Below, one piece after another: positions 48,695 to 57,505 of a DNA stretch of 64,000 nucleotides. The first letter of the stretch is position 1; each line of letters starts with the position of its first letter. The notes beneath the pieces are model-generated. The model worked only from the letters and a program-made list of their open reading frames with translations. It was not told where the DNA came from and ran no database searches. The DNA is from an uncultured Gammaproteobacteria bacterium (lineage in GTDB: Bacteria > Patescibacteriota > Patescibacteriia > CAZGFX01). The translations under genes were made by a program, and so were the position numbers. Location of the stretch: contig CAZGFX010000001.1 of NCBI GenBank assembly GCA_964524845.1, positions 293,034 to 357,033 of the forward strand, written 5' to 3'.

Positions 48695-48791
48695 CACGAG
48701 ATTTTTCTTACTAAAACACAAACTCCGCATATAAGCGGAGTTTTTTATTTGTGCTATACTTAGCGTATAAGAATTATAATAAAAGATATTT

Positions 48792-50192
48792 ATGAGAAAA
48801 AATTTATTTTTATTTAGCATAACAATAGTGTTTGCAATCATCTGTACAATAGTGACGGCGCGCGCCGTAAGCGCATCATACGAGTGCGGCGTCGATCCTG
48901 TGTATGATAAATCGTTCGTTGCAGAACTTATAAGCGGAGCAAGGGTTCGTAATATGGCATGTATGGATGGATCTGAAGTTCTCACTGTTCTTTCGTCTGG
49001 AACAAAAGTTAACGTAATAGCAGAAACTGACGGATGGTACAAAGTAAAATTATCAGACGGCACGACGGGTTGGGTCGGCGCGCGCCTCATGAAAAAACTT
49101 TCAGACAGTTCCGAAGAAGTTTCTGGTGCAATAAAGACAACAAGCACTGAATCAAAACCAAGTGAAACACCCTCCACAACATCGACGGCTATTCAAAACA
49201 ATCTAAAGGGATATATTGTACTTCAAGTTGAAAAACGAGGAGAAGCTTGGTATGTCAACGATGACGGAGCTCGTTTTTATATGAAAGATGGAAGCGCGGC
49301 ATATGATATCATGAGAGATCTTGGACTTGGAATTTCAAACAGTGATTTTTCAAAACTTGAAAAAGGAGACACAAGCCTTAAAAACAGACTGAAAGGAAAG
49401 ATCGTATTAAAAGTTCAATCTCGTGGAGAAGCTTTTTATATAAGTCCAAAAGACGGATCTCTTCATTATTTGAAAAATGGTGATGCTGCATACTCAGTCA
49501 TGAAATCTCAGGCTCTTGGAATAACAAATGAGGACATATCAAAAATAAAAGAAAAAGATATTGTGACTTACAAAAAAGAATTATTGGAAAATAAAAAAGA
49601 TACATCAATAAAAAGTGAAAATGGAACAATCACTCTCTCGGCCACAACAGAAAATAACAGCGCCATTCTCTCGTGGACAGTAAACGGAATGAGCGTACCA
49701 AAAGGATTTAAAATTGTTTCAGCAAAACATACACAACCCATATATCCCGGAGATGAATATGTATATCTATCCGACACCGCATCAAGATCCTATGTATGGA
49801 AAGGTCTGCCCGAAGGAACAAACTATATTCGTGTATGCGAATATCTTGGTGGTTCGTGCGGAGTTTATAGTAATGAAGTTTCTGTTAACATAACGGGCTC
49901 GTCCGGACAATTAAACGGATCAATTTCTCTCTCTGGAACATCATCCGGTGGAGTTGTTAAGCTTTCTTGGACACTTGATGGTATGGATTCAGAAAAAGGA
50001 TTTAAGGTCGTGGTATCAGACGACCCAAACCCAGTATATCCAGGAGATGAGTATCACTATTTATCAAACTCAGAAACGAGGTCTGATGAGTGGTCAGATC
50101 TTCCAAAAGGAAAAACTTACCATTTCAGAGTTTGCGAATATCTAGGCGGAAAATGCGGGATATATAGTAATGATCTATCAATTGCGAATTAA
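48792..50192 (+). CDS. Secreted protein with a bacterial SH3 (SH3b) domain, two KGYIVLQVEKRGEAWY-type repeats and two C-terminal Ig-like domains ending in CEYLGG.CG.YSN.
   Basis: Signal peptide. SH3_3-like GARVRNMACMDGSEVLTVLSSGTKVNVIAETDGWYKVKLSDGTTGWV. Confidence 0.65.
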   Translation: MRKNLFLFSITIVFAIICTIVTARAVSASYECGVDPVYDKSFVAELISGARVRNMACMDGSEVLTVLSSGTKVNVIAETDGWYKVKLSDGTTGWVGARLMKKLSDSSEEVSGAIKTTSTESKPSETPSTTSTAIQNNLKGYIVLQVEKRGEAWYVNDDGARFYMKDGSAAYDIMRDLGLGISNSDFSKLEKGDTSLKNRLKGKIVLKVQSRGEAFYISPKDGSLHYLKNGDAAYSVMKSQALGITNEDISKIKEKDIVTYKKELLENKKDTSIKSENGTITLSATTENNSAILSWTVNGMSVPKGFKIVSAKHTQPIYPGDEYVYLSDTASRSYVWKGLPEGTNYIRVCEYLGGSCGVYSNEVSVNITGSSGQLNGSISLSGTSSGGVVKLSWTLDGMDSEKGFKVVVSDDPNPVYPGDEYHYLSNSETRSDEWSDLPKGKTYHFRVCEYLGGKCGIYSNDLSIAN

Positions 50193-50210
50193 TCATCGTT
50201 CATAAAAATA

Positions 50211-50251
50211 CAAAACTCGTCCCAAAAACAAGAAGGGGACGAGTTTTTATT
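50211..50251. terminator. Bidirectional terminator (AACTCGTCCC-loop-GGGACGAGTT).
   Basis: 10-bp perfect stem with T-runs on both strands. Confidence 0.7.
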
Positions 50252-50504
50252 ATGACAAAATTCTTTTCTTCTTTTTTGTTTTTTCTTCAGTCAAATATTC
50301 ACTAATCGCTTTTCTTCCTCGATCGCAAAAAGTACACAATCCTCCATCACCACAATATTGACAAGACTCCCTCTCAAAAAGAATTGGTTTTTCGACATCG
50401 TCTGTATGAGAAGTGTTTGTTTGTTTATCAAAAGAAACAATCTTCATTTTACGTTTTTTTGATTCACTCAAATCAAGTTCAAATTGATCAGGATTGTGTT
50501 TCAT
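50250..50504 (-). CDS. Small zinc-ribbon-like protein (CQYC...CTFC).
   Basis: 84 aa with 2 CxxC pairs. Lys-rich. Confidence 0.4.
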   Translation of the reverse strand: MKHNPDQFELDLSESKKRKMKIVSFDKQTNTSHTDDVEKPILFERESCQYCGDGGLCTFCDRGRKAISEYLTEEKTKKKKRILS

Positions 50505-50630
50505 AAAAATGTCTTATATATAAATTATATCACAAAACCGTAGTAAAAATAAAAAAACCACCAATTATTAATCGATGGTTTTGTTTTTTTGTACTAAATA
50601 GATAATTTATTATTCTTTTTTTAACTAATT

Positions 50631-51413
50631 TTAAGAAACAATCGTTCTTTCTACTGGCACATCAATGGAAAAACATGTTCCGAGTCCTTCCTTACTGATC
50701 ACCCCAATTGTGCCATTATGATCTTTAACAGTCTTGTTAACAACTGCGAGTCCGAGTCCTGTGCCACCACCTGATTTGTTCGTTGTAAAATAATGATCAA
50801 ATATTTTATTAATATTATCAGGTGAAATTCCTATTCCATTATCTCTGACACTTATTTGTACAAATTCTTTTTCGTTTTCATCTTTTTTTACAACAACAGA
50901 AACACTAATAAAATACTGCTTTGTCATCCCCTTGGTATTCAAACGATCCTTTTCAATTGCTACACGAGCGTTTAACAAAAGATTTATAATCGCATCGCGC
51001 ATACTTAATTCGTGACCGCTTATAAAAACTTTTTCCGATGGAACATTTTTTTGAACAAAAACAGTATTGAATACAGCATCCTCCTTAAGAACAGATCTCA
51101 TAAGACTACAAATATCGTATGATTTCTTTTCAAGAGATTCTCCTCTTATTCTACAAAGTGTGGTTTTAATTGTTTCATCGGCCTTTCTAACGGTTGTTGA
51201 TGCCTCGTCAATAGCCTTATAAAGCATTTGTTGAAAATCTTGTTCGTTCTTTGTTTTTTGTTTAATAATTTGTTCTGCGAGATGAAGATCGGCCAAAATA
51301 ATTGCAAACATGTTTTTAAGACTATGAGCCATTTCAGCTGTGATGCCACAAACCTCGTCGAGACGCTCGAGTGGTGTGCGCCTCCTTTCTTCTGATGATG
51401 ATTTGTTCTCCAT
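50631..51413 (-). CDS. Sensor histidine kinase (cytoplasmic, HisKA plus HATPase_c).
   Basis: H-box EMAHSLKNMFAIIL, N-box LLLNARVAI, G1 VRDNGIGI, G2 GGTGLGLAVV. No TM segment and no adjacent response regulator. Confidence 0.8.
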   Translation of the reverse strand: MENKSSSEERRRTPLERLDEVCGITAEMAHSLKNMFAIILADLHLAEQIIKQKTKNEQDFQQMLYKAIDEASTTVRKADETIKTTLCRIRGESLEKKSYDICSLMRSVLKEDAVFNTVFVQKNVPSEKVFISGHELSMRDAIINLLLNARVAIEKDRLNTKGMTKQYFISVSVVVKKDENEKEFVQISVRDNGIGISPDNINKIFDHYFTTNKSGGGTGLGLAVVNKTVKDHNGTIGVISKEGLGTCFSIDVPVERTIVS

Positions 51414-51561
51414 TGTAAAGATCCTTTCTGTTGCAAATAATATGTAGCTGCTGGAGATTTAATAATCTTTATATTTATTTTACTTTTTCTTAAGTGTACG
51501 GTTTTTTAATAAAAAAATCAAAAAAACAACTTATACAAAGTATTTTTCGCACTTAAAAATA

Positions 51562-53037
51562 TCATTTATTCCAAAATGTAATTTTAAAATAATTTCTCGG
51601 ATACCACACAAGACGAAGACCAAATTGTCTTTTAAATTGCGAATACCCCTTCCATGATTTCGGATCACCTTTTTTCCAAACAAGTCCGAAATTTAAAAAA
51701 CTTATTCCCTTTTTAATAGCATATTTATACCATTCGTCTATAAGTCCGTATCCAACGGACGTTCCCTCTGCTTCTCTGCACATGAAAGAAATCAGATGCT
51801 CTGACTGACCTGCGTCAGGATAATCAACTGTGGCGAGGCCTGCGACGGATTTTCCTGTTTCAATATTTCTAACAAGCAACATCGTGACATCTTCCACGTG
51901 TTTCTCTACATGAAATTGAAGCACTCTCATAAACCCAGTTCGAAGTATCCAATCGAGTTTTCCAGAATCTTTGTAGCTTTCTGAAAACTCATCAAAAGAA
52001 ACTTTTTTTATTGAGTGTGCATTATCTTCTTCCCATTTCTTTGTATGTCGTTTCGCATGTTTAGACCAATCTTCTTTATATTGTTCATGTATTCTAGCGA
52101 ATCCGTTCTGACGAAACGATGACACGAACATATTTCGAAACCATCCTTTTTGTTTTTTTGTTTTTGTGATCGGATACCATAAAACTAGTCGCAGGCCTCG
52201 CCACTCATCGAGTACTGGCTCAACATCTGATTTGTATCTCTCAAAAGCAAACGGACCTTTTGTGTATCGGACTCCATAACACCCTTCTTTCCCGACAATC
52301 TTCGGTGAACACGGCCGGTAAAGCGCAAGAGATAAATATGAACGAGACTGATCTCTGTCTTGATATTGTTCAGGAATAGAATCTCCTATACACCCTTGTC
52401 CATTATGTCTATATACGGCCATTCTATTGTATTGATATCGCAAGTGGTCCCAGCATGAAAAATTTTTTTCAAATACAGAGGATAGTGTTTTTTTGTTCCT
52501 ATAAAAATTAACAAGAAGATACCCCGTTGTTTCCAAGACTTCTGAAATTAACCTCAAAAAAGCATCTGCGTACATAAGTGGCGAAGGAGATGTGCCATTG
52601 AAAATATCCACAATCACGACATCAAATTTTCTGTTTTCCTTTACAAATAAGTTAAGCGATGTGTTTGCGTCATTAATAATAACCTCGGGAGAAAAATCTA
52701 TTTTATCGAAAACAATTTCACGGGCAATATCGACCATGATCGGATCATGTTCAATGACAGTGATGTGCGCGCGCGGAAACCGCGCGCGCACAACAGAAAC
52801 ACCTCCTCCACCTCCAAGCCCTAACATCAAAACATTTTTAACAGAATGTTCTTTCGGAACTCTTTTCAAAACTTTTTTCCATAAAGAACTCACATAAGGA
52901 CCCGACTGATAACAACCTCCCGCCATAACATCATAAGAGAAAAGATGTTTTTTTATCGTAATAAGACCATTTTTATCAGAAAAAACAGTCCTTTTGTGCG
53001 GAAGTATTTGTAATGCCTTTTTAAAAAATTGTGTCAT
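51562..53037 (-). CDS. Fusion protein. The N-terminal spermidine-synthase-like SAM methyltransferase fold domain is joined to a C-terminal acyltransferase-like (FemAB/GNAT-like) domain.
   Basis: VLMLGLGGGGGVSVV...HITVIEHDPIMVDIAREIVF...DVVIVD matches the PABS/spermine synthase fold. The C-terminus (SFMCREAEGTSVGYGLIDEWYKYAIKKGISFLNFGL) resembles FemAB/DUF2156 acyltransferases. Confidence 0.5.
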   Translation of the reverse strand: MTQFFKKALQILPHKRTVFSDKNGLITIKKHLFSYDVMAGGCYQSGPYVSSLWKKVLKRVPKEHSVKNVLMLGLGGGGGVSVVRARFPRAHITVIEHDPIMVDIAREIVFDKIDFSPEVIINDANTSLNLFVKENRKFDVVIVDIFNGTSPSPLMYADAFLRLISEVLETTGYLLVNFYRNKKTLSSVFEKNFSCWDHLRYQYNRMAVYRHNGQGCIGDSIPEQYQDRDQSRSYLSLALYRPCSPKIVGKEGCYGVRYTKGPFAFERYKSDVEPVLDEWRGLRLVLWYPITKTKKQKGWFRNMFVSSFRQNGFARIHEQYKEDWSKHAKRHTKKWEEDNAHSIKKVSFDEFSESYKDSGKLDWILRTGFMRVLQFHVEKHVEDVTMLLVRNIETGKSVAGLATVDYPDAGQSEHLISFMCREAEGTSVGYGLIDEWYKYAIKKGISFLNFGLVWKKGDPKSWKGYSQFKRQFGLRLVWYPRNYFKITFWNK

Positions 53038-53046
53038 GAAAAATGA

Positions 53047-53712
53047 TTACAAGTTGCTTTTTATTCTAATGATTGCCTTTTTCATGTTTCTCATTCCTTG
53101 CCCAACAGGATACCACGTAGGAAAAACCGGAAATGATTTTGAGCCAATAATAAGTGTTTCGTTTTGACTTTTTTTATATTCCGACACTTTAATTGGTTTT
53201 TGCAATAAAATTTCACTTACTTGGTTTCCAAAAGAAAATATTTTCTCGGGTTGAATTGACATTATTTCTTCTAGTGTATGAGGAAGATATTCTTCAAATA
53301 TTTTTGTATGAAGCGGTCGAGCATCTATTTGTGTGCATTTTGCAAGATTTGTTATATATAGGCCATTTTTTGCACATGTTTCATATATATCAATAGCGAA
53401 TTCTGGCGTCCATTCCGATGTAATACGAGATTGTGTTTCTTCAAAAAGATCTTTTGTAATTCCACCGACAGCGTATATGATCTTCCATATATTCTTTGTT
53501 CCTATCCACGGAGCACGAATTCCTTTCCATGTGCGATGCGCTGAAATATTTTTTGCGGTCGGATTCATGAACAGAAAAATAGCTTTCGGTTTTCGAATGC
53601 ATCCGGCACCATAAATCGGACATAATCGCGATTCTCCATGAGTGCGATGGAGCGCGGAGAGAGCATTACAAGAATTCGATAATTGAAGGCGCATATAATT
53701 ATTACAACTCAA
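53047..53712 (-). CDS. Uracil-DNA glycosylase superfamily protein (family 4-like).
   Basis: LYITNLAKC (cf. family-4 VYITNIVKC) and an N-terminal AIFLFMNPTA block. 221 aa. Confidence 0.6.
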   Translation of the reverse strand: MSCNNYMRLQLSNSCNALSALHRTHGESRLCPIYGAGCIRKPKAIFLFMNPTAKNISAHRTWKGIRAPWIGTKNIWKIIYAVGGITKDLFEETQSRITSEWTPEFAIDIYETCAKNGLYITNLAKCTQIDARPLHTKIFEEYLPHTLEEIMSIQPEKIFSFGNQVSEILLQKPIKVSEYKKSQNETLIIGSKSFPVFPTWYPVGQGMRNMKKAIIRIKSNL

Positions 53713-54034
53713 TTAGCACAATGCTTACAACACCGAGCGCAATACCTATCTTGTTTACAACGGAAAGATCTTCATTAAAATAAAAAACCCCTACGGCTAC
53801 AATAGCTATTAAATTTAATAGTGTAAAAACAGAAATTGCTTTTGATAAAAATTCATAACGCAAAGAAATCGCCCAAAACACCGTCCCGACAAAATAAATC
53901 AAAAGACCAATATATAGCAGTGTGTTTTTCGTATCAACAGACCATTTTTTAAATAAAACATCACCTATGATTTCAAAAACAACCGCAACTATTATTAATA
54001 TGAAAAAAATAATTTTTGAATTTTGTAGAAACAT
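53702..54034 (-). CDS. Small DMT/SMR-like membrane protein (EamA/ArnE-like, 4 TM).
   Basis: Start trimmed to MFLQNSK (54034). The longer ORF-track version (to 54220) runs through the tRNA-Ser gene and is spurious. Confidence 0.5.
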   Translation of the reverse strand: MFLQNSKIIFFILIIVAVVFEIIGDVLFKKWSVDTKNTLLYIGLLIYFVGTVFWAISLRYEFLSKAISVFTLLNLIAIVAVGVFYFNEDLSVVNKIGIALGVVSIVLIEL

Positions 54035-54144
54035 TGAAAAAATATATTTATTTAGACAAAGCAAAAAAGACATAGTCTGGCTGTGCCGGCCCGAACCCTG
54101 AACTTGTTTCAGGGGTAGGCTGGCCGTGCCATCCGAAGCGCGAA

Positions 54145-54232
54145 GCGCGTAGGATGGAGGAGAGGAAGGGATTCGAACCCTCGATCCCTTGCGGGACACA
54201 GCGTTTCGAGTGCTGCGCATTCAACCACTCTG
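54145..54232 (-). tRNA. tRNA-Ser (anticodon CGA), class II, CCA encoded, unusual U73 discriminator.
   Basis: rc reads GGAGAGG-TG-GCA-GAGTGGTTGAA-TGC-G-CAGCA-CTCGAAA-CGCTG-TGTCCCGCAAGGGATC-GAGGG-TTCGAAT-CCCTT-CCTCTCC-T-CCA. The anticodon loop is identical to E. coli serU. There is an A31-C39 mismatch. Confidence 0.75.
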
Positions 54233-54459
54233 CCACCTCTCCATATGAGAAAATATTACAACCAAAGTATACAATTAAACAAGAAAAATGTTTTAAACAA
54301 GGAGCTTGCCCTGTAGTTCGAGCGTAAGCGAGAACGTACCAGGGCCACCTCTCCATATGAGAAAATATTACAACCAAAGTATACAATTAAACAAGAAAAA
54401 TGTTTTAAACAAGGAGCTTGCCCTGTAGTTCGAGCGTAAGCGAGAACGTACCAGGGCCA
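54233..54459. repeat. Two identical 112-bp tRNA 5'-flank modules upstream of tRNA-Ser(CGA). Each is a spacer, the H-b hairpin ggagcttGCCCTGtagttcgagcgtaagcgagaacgtacCAGGGC, and the copy cacctctccat.
   Basis: Exact direct repeat, which also generates identical peptide stretches in spurious ORFs 54048..54386 and 54256..54516. The spacer carries TTGTTT-N18-TAATAT (promoter-like) in tRNA orientation. Confidence 0.85.
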
Positions 54460-54594
54460 CCTCTCCATATTTAAAAACAATGTTATAAAGAAACAATTGT
54501 AGATTATCAAAATCATTATTTAAAAACAACTACAAAAAGCGCGTTTCATCGCAAAGAAAATCCCCGCCTGCTTTTGTTGCAAACGGGGATAAAA

Positions 54595-55173
54595 TTATGC
54601 TATAACGTGTTCGTGGCAACGATCGGCCTCTTCTAAAATTATTTGGAGTTGCTCGACTCTTTTTTCAATCCACTCTCTCACGAAGTCAAACACTTCAGGG
54701 TGTTTGGCGACGTGTTCCTTGTAATACGTAATTGAATATCCTCTTGTACCGTATCTTTTCAAAGAGGGATCTGGATACCACTCAATATGATCCCCTGTAA
54801 TCGGACGCATTCCGGGAACAACTTTCAAAACCGCATGACCTTCTGTGGTATCTGCAAACTCTTTATTAAAAAAAGCGCTCAGTTGTTGAAGCGAATTAAT
54901 TTCCGCAGAAAAGTTATCAGTAATAGGAACCAGCCCGATTGAGTCGTGAACCCTATTACTTTCTTCTGCAATCTCGGCATCAATTCCGGAATCCCTCCAA
55001 TTTATAACTAAATTGAAGAACTTAATAACCCCACCAAAAGGATCAGCGGGATCGGCGTGTTTAATTTCTTCTGATTTTTTACAGAGACAACATATGATTT
55101 CGTCATATGTCATTTCTCTTTGTGTTAAAAAACCTAGATAATCCTCGCAAAACTTAGCTTTGAAAGTTTTCAT
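54595..55173 (-). CDS. Hypothetical protein.
   Basis: 192-aa soluble acidic protein with no recognisable motif. Confidence 0.5.
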   Translation of the reverse strand: MKTFKAKFCEDYLGFLTQREMTYDEIICCLCKKSEEIKHADPADPFGGVIKFFNLVINWRDSGIDAEIAEESNRVHDSIGLVPITDNFSAEINSLQQLSAFFNKEFADTTEGHAVLKVVPGMRPITGDHIEWYPDPSLKRYGTRGYSITYYKEHVAKHPEVFDFVREWIEKRVEQLQIILEEADRCHEHVIA

Positions 55174-55278
55174 TTTACTCTCCTGTCGCTCAAAAAGCGA
55201 CTGTTTTTTTGTTTGTTTTTAAATTTATTGTTTTATTTTCATAAAAGTATACATGTAAAAAAGCGTTGTGTCAATGGC

Positions 55279-55557
55279 TTATAAATCAATTGAATAAACG
55301 TCTTTTCTGTGTTTTATAACAAGTATGTTTATAATGACCAAGTCTTTTTCATTTTCAATATCAAAAATCACTCTGTATTCACCTATACGAAAACGATACT
55401 CTCCACACCTCCTGTCTTTTAATTTTTTGGCACACAATAAAGGATTTTGTGTTTTTTCAAAAAAATATAATTTATCAATAATTCTTCGTGCAGTATTTTT
55501 TTCTAATTTTTGTAATTGTCTAAGCGCTTGCTGGGATAAGCGAATAGAATATCTCAT
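55279..55557 (-). CDS. Type II toxin, RelE/ParE family.
   Basis: 92 aa, ...RIIDKLYFF...EYRFRIGEYRVIFDIENEKDLVIINILVIKHRKDVY. It overlaps the upstream antitoxin gene by 4 nt. Confidence 0.75.
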   Translation of the reverse strand: MRYSIRLSQQALRQLQKLEKNTARRIIDKLYFFEKTQNPLLCAKKLKDRRCGEYRFRIGEYRVIFDIENEKDLVIINILVIKHRKDVYSIDL

Positions 55558-55802
55558 AAACCAAGTTTTTTACGCGCTTGTGTAAGAGAGTGTGTCTTAT
55601 TATTTTTAATATCATCTCGACCTGTTTTAATATCAGAAATCAAAGACTCCAATTGAGTAATCCCTTTTCTTAAAGGCCTTACTTCAAATATTGGTGTGTT
55701 ACGATTAAGTATGATGTATTTCGTACCTTTCTTCTGTGCTTTTTTATAGTATTCCGCTATATTCATGCGAAATTCTTTTACTCCGATTAATTCCGTTGCC
55801 AT
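55554..55802 (-). CDS. Type II antitoxin (Phd/YefM-like).
   Basis: 82-aa protein encoded immediately upstream of, and overlapping, the RelE-family gene. Confidence 0.6.
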   Translation of the reverse strand: MATELIGVKEFRMNIAEYYKKAQKKGTKYIILNRNTPIFEVRPLRKGITQLESLISDIKTGRDDIKNNKTHSLTQARKKLGL

Positions 55803-55874
55803 AAAAAAATAAAGTGTACTTTAAGTGTACACCTTATAAATATCCGTGTCAATTGAGAACTCCTGCCATTCTAA

Positions 55875-56303
55875 TCACCCTTTCGTATCCCCATCTTTAT
55901 TTAAATACTGCACGGAACATTCCCCTCTGAAAAAACTCCACTCCTCACACTCTTTTCCATTCGCAAAAATACACCACCCTGTCTCGTTTCCTATTTCGTC
56001 TTTTCTTATTTCAAGTTTTCCGTCATTTTCAATACAAAAAACAGATGCTGGGTTTGCTATTCCAACTGGTTTTTCCGAACCGTCTTTTTTATCCTCAGAT
56101 AAAACGTTTTTTTCTGTTTCTTCTTTAACGTCTTTTGAACCACATCCGCTTATCGGCATTGGATCTGACGGATTTCCATGACGAATCCACGAGCCGTTTT
56201 CACATATCCATGTGTCCTCATCTCCTGATAAAAAACGAATTGTAATAAAAATTCCTGCTATAAGCAAAAACAGAACAGCAACTCCAATTAGTTTTTTATA
56301 CAT
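55875..56303 (-). CDS. DUF333 (putative hemolysin-like) secreted protein.
   Basis: Signal anchor. NPASVFC...GWC...GKECEEWSFFRGEC matches DUF333. Confidence 0.6.
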   Translation of the reverse strand: MYKKLIGVAVLFLLIAGIFITIRFLSGDEDTWICENGSWIRHGNPSDPMPISGCGSKDVKEETEKNVLSEDKKDGSEKPVGIANPASVFCIENDGKLEIRKDEIGNETGWCIFANGKECEEWSFFRGECSVQYLNKDGDTKG

Positions 56304-56406
56304 AAAATTATTTTTTAATCATATAAACAAAAGATTTGTTTGTGTTTTAATTCAAAATTATATTAAAAGAAATAGCATGGCGAAGTCATGTCTCTCACGA
56401 GTGATG

Positions 56407-56495
56407 TGGCGGAGGGAGAGGGATTCGAACCCTCGGTACCTTTACGGTACGCCACCTTTCCAAGATGGTGCACTCGACCACTATGCGACCCCTCC
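56407..56495 (-). tRNA. tRNA-Ser (anticodon GGA), class II, CCA encoded.
   Basis: rc reads GGAGGGG-TC-GCA-TAGTGGTCGAG-TGC-A-CCATC-TTGGAAA-GGTGG-CGTACCGTAAAGGTACC-GAGGG-TTCGAAT-CCCTC-TCCCTCC-G-CCA. Confidence 0.85.
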
Positions 56496-56866
56496 ATACG
56501 AGAAAACTATATTACAAACAATAAACAAATCCTAGCAAATACTTTTTGTAGTTGAGTCTGCCCCGCAATCAGCCTTTGGCTAATGTGCTGGGGCGACCCC
56601 TCCATACATTGTTTTCTTTGTTGTTATAATATATCCGACACAACTGCTTGACCACCCCCGCCTAAGCGGGGTCCCGCTTCGCGTGATGTGCGACCCCTCC
56701 ATAAATTACACTCCTTTTGTTATTATGATGTGTTCAACAAAATTGTTTGACCACCCCCGCCTAAGCGGGGTCCGGCTTCGCGTGATATGCGAAACAACTA
56801 CACTAGAAAACTATATTACAAACAATAAACAAATCCTAGCAAATACTTTTTTTAGTTGAGTCTGCC
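56496..56866. repeat. Array of three tRNA 5'-flank modules plus a duplicated spacer upstream of tRNA-Ser(GGA). Unit 1 has a bulged H-a-like hairpin (56554..56595) and the copy acccctccatac. Units 2 and 3 have the tight hairpin gaccaCCCCCGCctaaGCGGGGtcc and the copy tgcgacccctccata. The array ends in a second copy of spacer 1 (56795..56866).
   Basis: Read directly from the sequence. Spurious ORFs 56212..56535 and 56836..57048 overlap it. Confidence 0.8.
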
Positions 56867-56965
56867 GTGCAATAACTCCACAATACTACACGAAAAAACG
56901 CTTTATGCCAACATGAAAAACGGTTGATTTTGATACAAAAATGTGTTAATTTCCTATTGTTCTCT

Positions 56966-57123
56966 TTTCGTGGGTGAGTACCCTGTACAATCTCGCTAAC
57001 GCTCGATTTACATGGCAGGGCTTCCCGCACAATCTCACTTTCGTTCAATTTGCGGGACGGGTTACCGAACTATTTATGTCGTGTTAGTATGATATAATCT
57101 ATTCATACAAAAATACTTTTCGT
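56966..57123 (+). repeat. tRNA-Ile 5'-flank module on the + strand. It comprises the copy ttttcgtgggtgagta, the H-b hairpin (56981..57020), an inverted H-a hairpin (57021..57070) nearly identical to the reverse complement of the tRNA-His H-a, and an AT-rich spacer containing TATAAT (57093..57098).
   Basis: The modules keep the same orientation relative to the tRNA although this tRNA is on the opposite strand. That shows the association is with the tRNA 5' end, not with the genome strand. Confidence 0.8.
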
Positions 57124-57200
57124 GGGTGAGTAGCTCAGTTGGTTAGAGCACAGATCTTATAAGTCTGCGGTCGAGAGTTCAAATCTCTCCTCACCCACCA
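57124..57200 (+). tRNA. tRNA-Ile (anticodon TAT, i.e. UAU), CCA encoded.
   Basis: GGGTGAG-TA-GCTC-AGTTGGTTA-GAGC-A-CAGAT-CTTATAA-GTCTG-CGGTC-GAGAG-TTCAAAT-CTCTC-CTCACCC-A-CCA. Confidence 0.8.
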
Positions 57201-57505
57201 TTCGATCGTCGCTTCGCTCCATTCGCCCCACTTACAGCGAACCAGAATTTTTTATAATATTACTAACCCTCGTGTTTTATAATTAGAATATATAACTTTT
57301 GCCACCAAATAATGGTGTTTTTCTTCTAATATAAGAGAAAAACAGGTGGTTTTTTATTACGCGGTTTTTACCATCAGATAATTATGGTGTATTTTTATCG
57401 TAATATGAGATATATTTAATATATAAGAATTATCAAAGGATAATAAACTCCATTTTTATTTCGGAGCCAAATTATCTTTCTATAACAAATAAATAGAATA
57501 AAACC

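Noticed and set aside
53702-54220. 172-aa version of the small membrane protein ORF.
   Set aside because: Its N-terminal 60 codons run through the tRNA-Ser(CGA) gene on the same strand. I trimmed it to the internal Met at 54034.
54048-54516. ORFs 54048..54386 and 54256..54516 (112 and 86 aa) with identical internal peptide MERWPWYVLAYARTTGQAPCLKHFSCLIVYFGCNIFSYGEVA.
   Set aside because: They lie entirely within the tandem tRNA-Ser(CGA) flank repeats and overlap the tRNA gene. The identical peptides simply reflect the 112-bp DNA repeat. There is no RBS and the composition is not coding-like.
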